64,000 bases of DNA from Eledone cirrhosa (Eukaryota), in NCBI GenBank assembly GCA_964016885.1, contig OZ024743.1, forward strand, positions 352,408,001 through 352,472,000. Reading direction: 5' to 3'. A program made the translations under genes and the position numbers. The notes below the pieces were generated by a model that was not told the origin of the DNA, ran no database searches, and saw only the letters and a list, made by a program, of their open reading frames with translations. Shown here one piece after another: positions 1 to 11,779 of the stretch (its first letter is position 1; every line of letters starts with the position of its first letter).

Positions 1-298
1 TAGGGGTCGGCAGTTTAGCCACAACGAATACCCACTGGAAAGTGCGGCGTAGTCCCAAATTTAGTGTCAGGGACTGTTCTCTGTAGGTCGAAATATGTGA
101 GTGATTCACCGCCTGGAGCCAGGCTGATGTCTCTCTCCTTTTTCCAGGAACTCGGGAAACGGGGATGATGCTGACTTCAGCACCGGTGTCGACCAGGAAA
201 CGCGTGCCTGTGACGCGATCCTGAATGAAAAATAGGCGACTTTGGTTATGAATGCCAGAAACATCCGTCGCATTCAGTTTCTGGCTGTGTCGTTTCCC
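1..298 (-). CDS. Pol N-terminus: retropepsin-like aspartic protease (partial, -1 frame relative to gag)
   Basis: Manual translation gives SRLFFIQDRVTGTRFLVDTGAEVSIIP...LTLNLGLRRTFQWVFVVAKLPTP, including the DTG catalytic motif. Confidence 0.88.
249..298 (-). promoter_or_regulatory. -1 programmed ribosomal frameshift signal (G GGA AAC slippery site plus H-type pseudoknot)
   Basis: On the minus strand GGGAAAC (292-298) is in gag frame as G GGA AAC. It is followed by a 6-nt spacer, stem 1 GCCAGAAAC/GUUUCUGGC, and loop UGAAU pairing with downstream AUUCA. A -1 slip joins gag to the protease frame. Confidence 0.8.
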
Positions 299-1177
299 TG
301 ATTCGTTTTCGAAACAAATGAACAGGGATGGCTGCACTTTTGCGCTCGTCTCCCGAATTTTTGGTGGGACCAACACATTTCTGTTGAATCCCGAGATGCA
401 CTCGGACTTCTTGAGCGACCACCAAATCGGCGAGTTCGACTGTTGGACCGACGCGTGGCAGGGTTGCCCAGTGACAAGGCCTGAATTTGTTGCGTCAAGG
501 CCTGTATCTGTGTTGCTTGCTGTGCCAGTAACAGGTGTAGATCTGGCATCTCTGTGGCACTGGAGGGCTGAAGGAAAGGATTCGTGAGAGGCACGGCTGG
601 CGTCACATTCGCTAAAGTTGAGTGAGGATGTGGTACCTCCATGATCTTATCTGTCAGCTCGGCGAGTTCTTCTATGGTGGTGGACTCCCTGGTGGATGCT
701 AGTACAACTTGTGTGGCAGAAGGCAAACGCTGAAAGCAAACGCAGAAGGCAAACGCTGGAGAGTTGCTTGAAAATTTCATTCGGGAGTTTATGTTCTCCC
801 AGAATCTGCTTCATTCGCCGTAGGAGTTGCGTCGGCTTTTTATCTCCTAATTCCTCCGATATGAGGAGCTGGTGCAAACGCTTCTGCTGCGACTCCGACG
901 TCCTCTTAACTAATGTTGTTTTAAATGTGTCATATGACTCAGAGCCGGGTGGTGCTAAAATGAGGTCTCGAACCTCATTCATAATCTCCGGAGACATCGA
1001 ACCGAAGACATGTGTGAGACGGGATGCCTCGCTAACGATCCGGTTCGATGCGAACTGCGCTTTGATGTGCGCGAACCACAGTGTTGGATCGTGCATCCAG
1101 AATGGTGGAATTCTTAATGTAAATGCCGCCCGGACTGCCATTTCTGCCGTAGATGAATCGTCGTGTGCTAGAGACAT
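274..1177 (-). pseudogene. gag, frameshifted by a short local duplication near 715-760
   Basis: ORFs 647-1177 and 274-780 are two halves of one gag. The sequence cagcgtttgccttctgc is duplicated at the junction between KQL and FQRLP. Confidence 0.8.
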
Positions 1178-1191
1178 CGTTTGTAGTGGAT

Positions 1192-1231
1192 GATCAGAAG
1201 GCTGCGTGTTCGAATCACGTCGGGGTCACCA
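1192..1231 (-). promoter_or_regulatory. Primer-binding site complementary to the tRNA-Trp 3' half (40 nt including CCA)
   Basis: The + strand reads GATCAGAAGGCTGCGTGTTCGAATCACGTCGGGGTCACCA, which corresponds to tRNA-Trp nt 37-76. It lies 2 nt from the LTR end. Confidence 0.88.
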
Positions 1232-1233
1232 GT

Positions 1234-2118
1234 TGTAACGGATTATTTGTGTGGTTGTAACGATAAGTGGAGAGAATGAATTGTTGGTATGATGGTTTCT
1301 ATGTAAAGAATAATACCAGGATTGTGTTGTTACAAAGTTTATTTTATTATAACAATATTCATTTTGAATATTGAATGATAAAATCAATAACACGAAATAT
1401 TCGTACAATAATTTGGTGGCTATTCGAGCCACGTAAATACAAGTATCACAGAATACGATTATAATATAATTTGTGCTATATCTGAAAGATACAACGTGAA
1501 TAAACAGAAATGGTGCGTGTGAAAATGCAAACAGTGTGAACTTACTATGAATGCGTGTGTGCGTATCAGTATATTTGCTTGTTTTAGTAGTAGTAGTAGT
1601 AAGTGACCAGCCCGGCGGGTGAGAAATAAGTGACAGACTGGTTTTTCGTGACGAGAGCTTGCAAATGCGACTTGTCTTGTCTGTATATCACTTCTTTTCT
1701 CCCGGGGCGTAAACAACCCCTGTATTTATAAGGGTTGAAGTTAGAAGGATAGATATATCCTCTGAACTTTGGTTAGAGTCTCCCAAGGGATTAGTTTGCC
1801 AAGCGTAAACAACTCAGAAAGATGGATATATCCTCTGACCTATTTTCTGTCAGGCGTAAACACCTTTGACCTGTGTTTAGCATCTCCCAAGGGGTTAGTC
1901 TCTTGAGCGTAAACAACTTACCACGGCTTGTCCCAGAGGCGGGAAAGCTCAGATTCGGTTTTGTAATTACATGTGGAGATCTCCGGCTACATCTTACGAA
2001 AATCCAGACTGACGTCAAAGAGTTAGCTAGACTCCATGAAGTTCAAGGGTCCCATTGAAATGAGGTCAAAGTTAAAGTAAGTTGATTTATCCGAAAACTT
2101 AGATATGCTATTGTTACA
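1234..2118 (-). repeat. 5' LTR (~885 bp)
   Basis: Bounded by TGTAAC...GTTACA inverted termini. Minus-strand TATAAATA near 1723-1730 and AATAAA near 1338-1343. Internal repeated motifs (gcgtaaaca, gatatatcctctga, tctcccaaggg) lie in the putative U3. Confidence 0.75.
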
Positions 2119-2855
2119 AAGCAAACTAACAATTTTGTTTATTTGTAGTTGCAGTCTGACTGGACTGGAAACCATCTACTACAATTCACTTACTCATTTG
2201 TTGTATATATTTTACCATTTACTAATAAATATACCCTCCCGCGTGGTCATGAAAACCCTCTTCCGTGGTCCCTAAGCTCACAAAGCAGAGGGGACATCAA
2301 GTTAGATATCAACATTTATTCTGTCCGTTTCATTAAAGGGAAAATTGGAAAGCTTTGAAATGATATAATTGCCACTTTCTTCCAGATAAGAGCACTCTTG
2401 GGATAGACAGAGTTGCTCTTGTATAAATGTTCAAAATAGCTGGTATCGCCTGGTGGGAATATAATAAATTCAACTGGCCCTTATTCATAAAAAAAGAACA
2501 TTTATGTTCCCTTTTTTGAAATTTATATATTTCCTTTCAGGGAATGTATTTATACTCTCAGCTGCCTGCAATGGTATCTTTGGAATATTGTTAATCAATT
2601 TTTTAATAATCTACAGATATCAAAATCAGTAGTATATTGAAAAATGGAAAAATAGGATAGGGGGCGTTTCGTGATTTCGAGGGACAAAAGGGGGCGTTTG
2701 GCCTAAATGGGTTGAGAACCTGTGTCCTAGAAGAATGCTCTGACAAGGGCTAGGGGGTCCTTCACTCCCAGTGGTTTAACTGCGCGATCGGGTATCCAGC
2801 CCGATTATTTCTATGTCCCCGCGCAAAAAAAAACACCACTTATTAACACTCACGG

Positions 2856-3400
2856 CACACACACACACACACACTCACACACCAACACTCGTGCATACAA
2901 ACACTCACACCACTCACACACACACCAACACTCATGCATACAAACACACACACACACATACATATATTACCGTCAGTACTGATACAAGATCATGTCAACT
3001 GTTGACTTTAGAAGGAGCTCATATAATTGAAGCCGAGTGTTACATTCAGTATTATTATTATAATAATTGTTTGCTTTACAGCATAGAGCAACGGCCCTCC
3101 ATACTCCGGGCCCAAAACAAGGCACCAGCAATGCGCTGGGACAATCGCTGCCCCGTGCCAAGAACAGAATAATTATTACTATTATTATAGTTGTTGTTTT
3201 CTTCTTAAAGCCTGGTCGGTGGCGATGGTGGTGGTGATGGTGGTGATGGATGGTGTCAGTGATGGTGATGGCAGTTGTTGTTGTTGTTGTTGCTGTTGCT
3301 GCTGCCGTTGTTGTTCATTTCACTCTGCTGCTGCTGCAGACAATAGTGTTGTTGCTGTTGTAATCGCTGGGTTATATATATATATATATACACGCACAAA
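2856..3400. repeat. Microsatellite cluster (CA)n, (TGG)n, (TGT/TGC)n, (TA)n
   Basis: Simple repeats read directly from the sequence. Confidence 0.9.
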
Positions 3401-3419
3401 TTAATTGAAGAAATACATA

Positions 3420-4165
3420 TATCTTTACACAAGTATAGATATATATAAAGACGTCCAACCGATACCAAGTTTGCTCTATGAAAGAATTAACAGAGCGTAA
3501 TATAATCATATATGTGAAAAGCAAACAAGAAAAAAATCTTCTCTTACTTACTTTAATGTCCCTACTGCAGTTCCAGACTGAGAAAATAACAATACTCTGA
3601 GTATTGTGAGAAATCTCAAATCATCAGGAGACTTTTCTTAGTCAACAAAGAAAATTCAAGACAGAAAAATTCTTCCTTGTTGTTCGCTGTCAGAGATAAT
3701 TTCAAATGGAAGAAATATCACATGACTGATGATTTGAGATTTCTCCCAATACTTGGGGTATATGCTGTAGCACCAGTACTACCAACTTACAGTGTAGACT
3801 GTAATACATATATATTATATCAACTTTGCATACTTAAGGCTTTTACAATTATCAACTGAATTTGACCAAATTTTCTGTGCACGTTGCACAGGTCGCTAAG
3901 ATTGTCACATCACAAACATTTTTCAAATCGACCCACGTTGAGCAATTAAAAATCGATATCAAAATTATCGGTAGCAAAATTGATGTAAGGGAGATAACCA
4001 ACTTTATTGACAATCCTTATAAAAAAAGGGAGATAACCAACTTTATTGACAATCCTTATAAAGAGACTGCTTATTTTGGGGACAAATAATGTCCTTCTTT
4101 TACTTCCTAGCTGTATATTCTTAACATAATTTCAAACCCCGAGCAACGCCGGGTAAATCTGCTAG
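3420..4165 (+). mobile_element. Non-autonomous Helitron (5' boundary approximate)
   Basis: The 3' end CCCGAGCAACGCCGGG-TAAATCTG-CTAG|T (4138-4166) is a hairpin plus CTAG. It shares aagggagataac and the terminal hairpin with the Helitron at 36704-40241, and has an internal ~37-bp direct duplication at ~3987-4062. Confidence 0.6.
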
Positions 4166-4219
4166 TATATAATAAATATATATATATATAGAGAGAGAGA
4201 TTTGTGTGTGTGTATTTTG

Positions 4220-4465
4220 GATCTCAGTTGGTTCTTGTAATGAGTGTTCCAGTTGTTTGATCAACAGAACAGCCTCCTCCTCCTCCTGAAATTAACATGT
4301 AAGTAGCTATACATTCAAAAGACACACATGCCCTTGATGTACTTACCAGGAAGATTTAGCCAGACACAGTGAGGGACAAGGATGGCCCTTTGAATTACAG
4401 GTAAAATTCATTTTTTTCTGGTTCAGTAGACTGCAACAACGTGAAGTAAAATGTCTTGTTGAAGG
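4220..4465 (-). mobile_element. Decayed SINE (cephalopod-type family)
   Basis: Recognised by resemblance to a common octopus interspersed repeat (aagacattttacttcacgttg...tcaaagggcc...ctgttgatcaaacaactggaac). Not verified by alignment. Confidence 0.45.
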
Positions 4466-4479
4466 TCAATTCGTGCCAT

Positions 4480-5345
4480 TAAAGATTGCCACCATAATGT
4501 TGGTATGATGGCAGGTAGATCAAGTGAGGTTGTAGAGATGTTAAAACAAAAGTAAGTGGTATATGCTGTGTGCAAAAGAGACAAGATGAAGAGGAGCCTC
4601 AGCCAGACTACTCATGAGCAAAAGACAAACTACAATTTTGTTTGGATGGGTAACAATTATAGAGCAGGCAGATTGTTTACATAAAGAAATGAGTAGATAA
4701 GGTAATTAAAGGTGAGCAATAGAACCATTAAGCTTTGGCTAGTTCTAGATAAAACAACAGTAACAGTCACTTTTGCATACACACCAATATCTGAGCTGTC
4801 AGATGAACTAAAGGACCACTTTTATAAAGCCCTTATGCAGACTATCTTGTTAATAAATGACTGTGGTATCATAATTATAGTTGCTGAATTTAATGAACAT
4901 GTTGGCCAACTCACTGATAGCTTCTATTTGATCCATGAAGAATATGGGTTTGGTACAAGAAACAATTATGGATCAAGGGTCCTAAAGTTCTATGATGTGA
5001 ATGACCTGACTACCTGTAACACTAACTTTAGGAAATCAACCAATCATCTAATAACCTATCAATCAGGCAAACAAACAAGCCAGATAGATTTTATTCTCAC
5101 CAGAAATTGGGATAGATTGATGGTCATAAATATAAAGTTTCTCCATGTTGAAGACTGTATGACCCAACATAGTTTAGTAGATAGTGACTTCAGAATTTGA
5201 AATAAGGAGACTAAGACGAGGAAGACAATTTGGAAGAAAAGAACATGGAAGCTGAAGGATCCCTCAGCCTGGGGACAAATTCACTGAAGACCTGTTTGAT
5301 GTTTATTACAGTAAGGAAGTGGGGATAGAAGCCTACAGCTTGTGT
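4480..5345 (+). mobile_element. RTE-type LINE fragment, APE endonuclease pseudogene
   Basis: ORF 4712-5200 carries AYTP, AEFNEHVG, YGFGTRN, NTNFRK, SQIDFILTR and QHSLV motifs; stops occur in flanking frames. Confidence 0.85.
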
Positions 5346-5672
5346 GCATGATAGGGGTGACCTTAAATGTTTATATATTTAATATGGTATCTTGTTTTAA
5401 TTATTATGTGTTTTATAAGAATTTTATACTTATTTCCTTATTATCATCATCGTTTAACATCATTCACGGCAATCTAGGGTTGGACTATTTCATGTTTTAT
5501 CAAATTAATCTGTTTATTGTATAATGTCCTTGCCCTTACCCTCATTTTTATATGAATTTCCCTGTCCATCCTCATATGTATAGTAATCCCCATGTTTACA
5601 ATGTTTATTGTATCTCTATGTGCAAGCACTTGTGACTAATAAAGAAATTATTATTATCATTAACATTTCTAG

Positions 5673-6236
5673 AGTGTCATCCAAAACCAACTGATGTAAT
5701 CTTTGTTCTGGACACTTCTGAAAGCATCGATGAACAAAGTTACAGAAAACAAATTAATTTTGTCTCAAATTTTGTCCGTGATCTTAAAACATTGAGTTCA
5801 ACAGGCACAGAAATTGGCATCTATACATTTTCTGATTCCTTCAAGAACAATGTCATCCTTGGTCAGTATCAAGACAAGAACTCACTTTTATCACTCTTAA
5901 ATGGAATTCAACGCTTAGGTGGATCCACAAATACTCATTTAGTCCTTGAAGATATTTTGAAGAATGGATTTAAAACCAGCTACACGCAAAATGCAAAGCA
6001 AGTTGTGATTCTTATTACAGATGGACAATCTGTATTTCCCTCAAAAACATTCAAGGCTGCAAAAGCGTTACACAGTAATAATATTGAAGTCCACACTGTT
6101 GGAGTTGGTAGTGATGTTGATCTCAATGAGTTACAGAAGATAGCATCATCTCTAAACTACACACATCATGTGCCCAATTATAATGAACTGAAAAAGATTA
6201 GAAAAGATATAGACAAGTTAGTCTGTAACAATATTA
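5673..6236 (+). CDS. Tandem-VWA extracellular protein, exon encoding VWA domain 1 (phase 1-1)
   Basis: Acceptor tttctag, donor gtaagt, 564 nt. Translates CHPKPTDVIFVLDTSESI...GGSTNT...VILITDGQS...LVC with an intact DxSxS/T/D MIDAS. Confidence 0.9.
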
Positions 6237-6379
6237 GTAAGTACAATATATATTTAATTTGTTGATGAATTTCTTTTCAGTGTCACCAGACCAATTTCAT
6301 AAACAGTAGTAGAAATTTTTCAAAAGGTACAAGGTTGTGTTAAAAAGTAACCCAAAATGAAAATTTCATTGTGGTTAAA

Positions 6380-6870
6380 AGGACTCTTCAATCACATCAT
6401 AGAAATAACAATCTCTCTGGTGCTGGTGCCATAAAAACTGTACCCAGTACACCCTGTAAAGGGGTTGGTATTAGGAAGGTCATCCAGCTGTAGAAAACTG
6501 GTCAGAGTTGAGAGGACTCTTCAGTTGTGCCAAGGGTACAACAAACTCTCTGCTGTTAGTGCCACAATAGAATACTCCCAGTACACTCTGTAAAGTAGTT
6601 AGTGATACAAATGGCATCCAAGCCACAGAAAACTTGCTAAACAAAGAGTAAAGAGGACTCTTCAGTTATGTCAAAGAAATGACAACCTCCTTAATGTTGG
6701 TATCAAGGTAAAACACCCAGTAACCTCGGTAAAGTGTGGAAATGTATGTAAGCAAGATGTGGTTCCCAGCACATCTGAGAGGTCAGTAGCTCCAATTAGG
6801 TACTAATTTGGTCTGTAACAACCCATCCAACTGTTACTAACAGAGAAAACGGACATTAAATGATGATGAA
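6380..6870 (+). mobile_element. SINE with internally repeated units and an RTE-like (TGA)n tail
   Basis: Repeated cccagtacactctgtaaag...ggcatccagctgtagaaa units ending in ggacattaaatgatgatga. Confidence 0.65.
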
Positions 6871-7905
6871 AATGAAAACTAGCAAGTAGCCCAGCCTTGA
6901 AAAGCAGTATAATTCATTACTTCTTGCCTAATATGACAACCCTGTTTCTTTTCGTTGTTTCATAGTGTTGGTCATTTATACTTGGCAGACCTATGGCTTG
7001 GAGTAGCTGACAGTTTATGTTCCAACTATAGCAATAGTATGATTGCTGTTAATCATAATCTCCTAAGATTTAGAAATGACAATATTTAGTCCTTGTTTTT
7101 TTAGAGACAGTGAGGATTTTTTTTGTGCTTTTTTTACATCTATATATATATATTAGAAGCAGGTCCTACAATTACACTTATGTTCACCCATGAACATAAA
7201 TACAGCCATAATGTATACTTAATGCTATAATTATATAAATTGGTACAACTGTCAACAACTGTTATCAATTCTCCTGTGTAGAAGTGTAAGATTACTAGTC
7301 TTCTGATGAAAAGCAACCTAGCTTTGAAATGCCAAAAAACATAATATGCTTTTCTGTGTATGAAGAGAATAACAAAGATATATTCATATTTTTGCAATAA
7401 AATTCATAATTCAAAAACTGTAATTATATTTACATTAAATTTATTTCATACACTCACGTGCATAGACATGCGCACACACAAGCACACACGCATACACACA
7501 CACACACATACACACCCACAATTTAACTCACAATGCTTGGGCCAAGGTTATGGTAAAAGGTCTATTTCTAAAGATGTTACACATTGGAAACCCATGATTG
7601 TAAAGTAAACATCTTTACTATTCAGTTATACTGAGTATGAATATCTGGTTAAATACACAGCTGTACAGATTTTTAAACAAAATATATATTAAGTTATGAA
7701 TTTTCTAATTAATTGTTAAGTTAGTTGTAAATGTTAAACAAAGGTGAGCTGAACTTTTTGTATCATCAATTGTTATAGGTTCATTATGGGGCTCCATTTT
7801 GTGGGAATTAAGGAAAGGAATCAAAACTTGGTCCATTGGATTTTAGCTTGCTTGGAACTTACTTTTCAATCTACTCTATTTGATACCCTGTGCGGTAAAT
7901 AATGT

Positions 7906-8151
7906 TTAACCCTTTCATTACCATATTTCTAATGATATACACAAGTTAATGCAATTCAATTAATTTAGAAAATAATTTAAAATTTTGATGAATTTAGTAA
8001 GATAACTAACTTTTTCATTGCTAAGCTGGAATTTGTAACTTAATAAATATTTCTTATACTATATATGTTGAAAGGTTTTAATATTTAAAACAGGCAGTTT
8101 TATGTCATTGGCTGGGAGTAGTTTCAATTGGTTTGGTACAAAATTGGTTAA
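7906..8151. mobile_element. MITE with TTAACCCTTT-type termini
   Basis: ttaaccctttcattacc ... ggtacaaaattggttaa. The same terminal type occurs at 8850-9073 and 19092-19308. Confidence 0.5.
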
Positions 8152-8225
8152 ACAAGACACAAGAATTGTATAGAATGAAATGTCTTGAAATCAATTCTGA
8201 TATTGGATGTTTTTTTATTTCTTAG

Positions 8226-8249
8226 TTGATCCAATGAAACCAAAAAGAG
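8226..8249 (+). CDS. 24-nt micro-exon (I-DPMKPKR linker) of the VWA gene
   Basis: Polypyrimidine tract ttttttatttcttag, donor AG|gtaagt, phase 1-1. It keeps the frame between VWA1 and VWA2. Confidence 0.75.
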
Positions 8250-8849
8250 GTAAGTATAAATTTCTGTTTCTTAGTCATGCAATAACAGCTATAGCAATGG
8301 ATATTGTTGATTGTCACCAAGTAACTGGTGTATGTTGTTAAACCTCACACAGCTAAGTGTGTGTGTAGAGAGAGAGAAGTGAAGATGGAAGTAGAGAGAG
8401 AGAAAAAAAGAGAAAGGTTTGAGTTAGTGATGATGTCATTAATGTCCTTAAACCACTCATATTTTTGTTCCCAACTGGAACAATGTCAATTGCAAGTCCA
8501 CCTTCAGGCAAATCAATAATTCCTCACACCAACACTTTCTCGACTACCTATGCTCCACCTCACAACCAAATAGTTGTGTGTGCCTTCCTCATCAATTTGT
8601 ATCCTTCCTAATGGGGAATGCTCTCAAATTAGAATGATACAGTGCCTCGGCCTCTGCGTGTGCAAGCTACACATATGCCATTGTGGAGCAGTGGTCAACG
8701 AGTTTGGTCTGCATCCATTATCCTGCCACCTGAATGCAGACTGACTCCCCTGAATGACATCATCAGAAAGAGCCTCGATGCACCCAGTTTTCCTGGGTGG
8801 CCTCAACCTCAGTGATGGCAAGTGCCCAATGGATTAACCCTCTTCCCTT

Positions 8850-9073
8850 TTTAACCCTTTAGCATTTACATTACTCTATACACTAATGTATTTTCATGGT
8901 AAAGGCTTTACCTCACATAATTATCTCATAATATTGAATCTATGAGATTTTGATGTTATTTATTTTGAGAACAATACCTTAACATCAGTATGAGTGGTCA
9001 GTTAAAGACGGTTTGAACAGAAAAAGTGAGAGAATTCTGGCCGGATACAGCCGGTTTAAATGCTAATGGGTTA
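8850..9073. mobile_element. MITE with TTAACCCTTTAGCATTT termini
   Basis: ttaaccctttagcattta ... taaatgctaatgggttag form inverted termini. Confidence 0.65.
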
Positions 9074-10341
9074 GGGGGTACAAATCCCTAATTTGGGAAC
9101 CAATGTGCAATGGCTCATTCTCTGCCTCTAACTTTGTCACTTTGGTTACAAACCCATGCTCCACTGCCCACAACACAGATGAGGGAGAAGAAGATAGTTA
9201 AATACCAGGTCTCCATTGAGACTTCTGGCATCCTTGGTCTCTGCACTGCTATTTCCTCTACAAAGTTGGAAAGACAATGGTCTGCTTGAGGAGGGCGTCC
9301 TGTGAGGTGGCGTGGCTGTTGCAGTGGGTGTCTCTGGCTATTCATCACAGTAGCACTTTTGCTGTTTTGTCCACAATGTGCGGTTGTGACATCGCTTAGA
9401 CTGGAGTATAGGGACAGTCACTCCCCCTCTCCCTTTCTTTCAGCGCCTGATCCTTCTTTCTTTTCTGTTCCATTTAGTAGTGTGTTTTGTTTTAATTAGA
9501 TACTGCTCAATTATTTTTATATAATGTCAATATTTTTTCATGACATTGTGAGATTTTGATTATTGAATAAATGCTATAGAAAGTTTTGGACATGTAAAGA
9601 GAAAAGGGAGAAATGGAAAGAGAGATGTTGTTGTTATATCTATCTATATACAGCTAAAACTCTGTGATTGTGTGCCCATCTGTAATTTAATACAGGCAAA
9701 ATGATGCATAATGGGAAAATACTTAGAAAGGAAGTTGCCCCTGAAATGGGAATACAAATGGAATAAAACAAGTTTGGCGTAAATCAAAGCACGAGTTCCC
9801 AAGATATGGTGTTTTTCCGGGTACCTTCATAAATAGAGAGAGAGAAATATAGAGAGAAAGAGATAGTGGTTGTGAGAGAGTAGATTGAAAGATAGACAGA
9901 GAGAGAGTAGGAGACACAAAGGAAAATGGAAGAGAGAGAGAGCTGGTGGTATTGTTGAATAAAATTATAACAGGTGACTTCAAAGAATTGAATACAGCAT
10001 TACTCTATCTAATTCGAATTTGGTGACTGAATATTAAGTCATATGTATCATATAACTTGTGTTAGGACAGGATGTGTGTAGCGAATATTTCCTGTTAAAT
10101 AGGAAGGGTTTCTAAGTTTGTGTGTATATATATGTGTGTATATATGTATATGTGTGTGTGTATGTCTCTGTGTGTGAGTGTATGTGTGTGTGTGTCTGTG
10201 ACCAGTGTATATAGGTCACAGACACCCACACATATATATATATATATGCATGCACACACATACATACACACACGCACACACACATATATATATATATATA
10301 TGGAGGAGGTTATAGTTCACTTGAAGCATTGTGTAATGAGG

Positions 10342-10740
10342 TATAAACGTTTGAATATGTGTAATAAGGCCAAGACAATGCAGGTATGGACATAGAAAAA
10401 AGAATGCAATAGTGAAAGATATTGATGTGAATTCGTCTTTCACCTTGAATTTATTTAAATGTCCTTAATTTTCGAGATAATATCTCTTCTTCAGAGGGAA
10501 GTAAAGGTCTCAAACCAGCGTCTTTAAATCTCTAGCCAATTTAAATCTCTTGGCTAGAGATTTAAAGACGCTGGTTTGAGACCTTTACTTCCCTCTGAAG
10601 AAGAGATATTATCTCGAAAATTAAGGACATTTAAATAAATTCAAGGTGAAAGACGAATTCACATCAATATCTTTCACTATTGCATTCTTTTTTCTATGTC
10701 CATACCTGCATTGTCTTGGCCTTATTACACATATTCAAAC

Positions 10741-10747
<7 letters not shown>
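10342..10747. repeat. Near-perfect palindrome (~198-bp arms, 10-nt loop), Penelope pLTR-like, next to (TA)n
   Basis: 10342-10539 is the reverse complement of 10550-10747. Each arm contains a CTGAAGA-stem-GAAA hammerhead-like motif. Confidence 0.9.
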
Positions 10748-10823
<76 letters not shown>

Positions 10824-10914
10824 TATATATATAGGCTTTTTGTTTCTATAGAGAAACTTTTGTTGTCAACAGAGATAATAGCTCCCTGATCTCTTTCCAT
10901 CCTGTTCTTATTCT

Positions 10915-11465
10915 ACCAACTATGCTCTCCCAGAGCACCCTCATCCACAGCTAATTAGACCATCTAGGTAGCAGAAGCTATCAATCACTTCTATAACTCC
11001 TACCTAGGATTGGATAAAAGTTTATTTCACTGATGCTCTTACTACCAACTATCTCTGTGCATCTATCTCTTGCAAAGTTTACCTTTTCTGTTAGTTTGCC
11101 TGCTATCCAACTACATCTTTTGTATAACAAATATTTATATTGTGTACATCTTATAGAGTTTCTACCTACTCATTTTCTACATCTTGAGCAAGGCCACTTC
11201 CTTGAAGATGTTGGCCTCCTGTCTCCTTTCTTACTTACTAAAACTTTAGTTTTTCCCGAGTTTACTCTATCCCTTTTTTATTCTAATTTCTGTTTCAAAG
11301 CCAGAATTTCAGAATAATTCTTCCATTGATTCAGCTATAAGAACCAGGCCATTAGCATTTAAAAGTTCCCTTGGACAACCAGTCTTAAACTCCTGTTATG
11401 GCCTTGAGAAGTATAATAAATAAGAATGGGATGAGAACTGAACTCCTACTTGCACTGTGAATTGA
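10915..11465 (-). mobile_element. RTE LINE reverse transcriptase fragment (decayed)
   Basis: Minus strand gives SVLIPFLFIILLKAIT..FKTGCPRELLNANGLVLIAE across frameshifts, the same family as 33800-35005. Confidence 0.75.
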
Positions 11466-11779
11466 ATTCCTCACTGAACTCATTATCAACTATATATATA
11501 TTTGTTTCTGTCTATCACCCTTTCTATATCTCCTGATCTCTTTCTCTCTTTAACATAAGTATATATGTTATACATTGTCAATATGGTGTTTGAAGACAAG
11601 TAGAGGCAAGTTAAACAATGTTAATTATAAAATAAAAGAAAAAAAATTACAATTCATCAATGGTTGCATATTAAAAAAACTGAAAAATTATTGAAAGTAA
11701 GGGAAAGGGGGAAAGGGGCAGCAGTTTCTACACCCCATTATATCTCTGTGGCACCTCACAGACAAAATGGTGTTGCCAT

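Larger units (their letters stand above)
1..2118 (-). mobile_element. Ty3/Gypsy LTR retrotransposon, 5' portion (LTR, PBS, gag, protease); continues off the left edge
   Basis: Minus-strand gag (RIPPFWMHDPTLWFAHIKAQF..., LLISEELGDKKPTQLLRRM, CWSHQKFGRRAQKCSHPC knuckle) is followed by aspartic protease FLVDTGAEVS. A tRNA PBS sits next to a TG..CA-bounded LTR. Confidence 0.93.

Noticed and set aside
1192-1231. tRNA-Trp gene
   Set aside because: Only the 3' half is present, with encoded CCA and no A box, and it abuts an LTR, so it is a PBS.
2149-2575. Possible upstream exons of the VWA gene (acceptor-like sites near 2148, 2384 and 2540)
   Set aside because: No convincing donor, frame or signal peptide. 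A hAT-like terminus near 2710-2724 suggests the region is transposon-derived.
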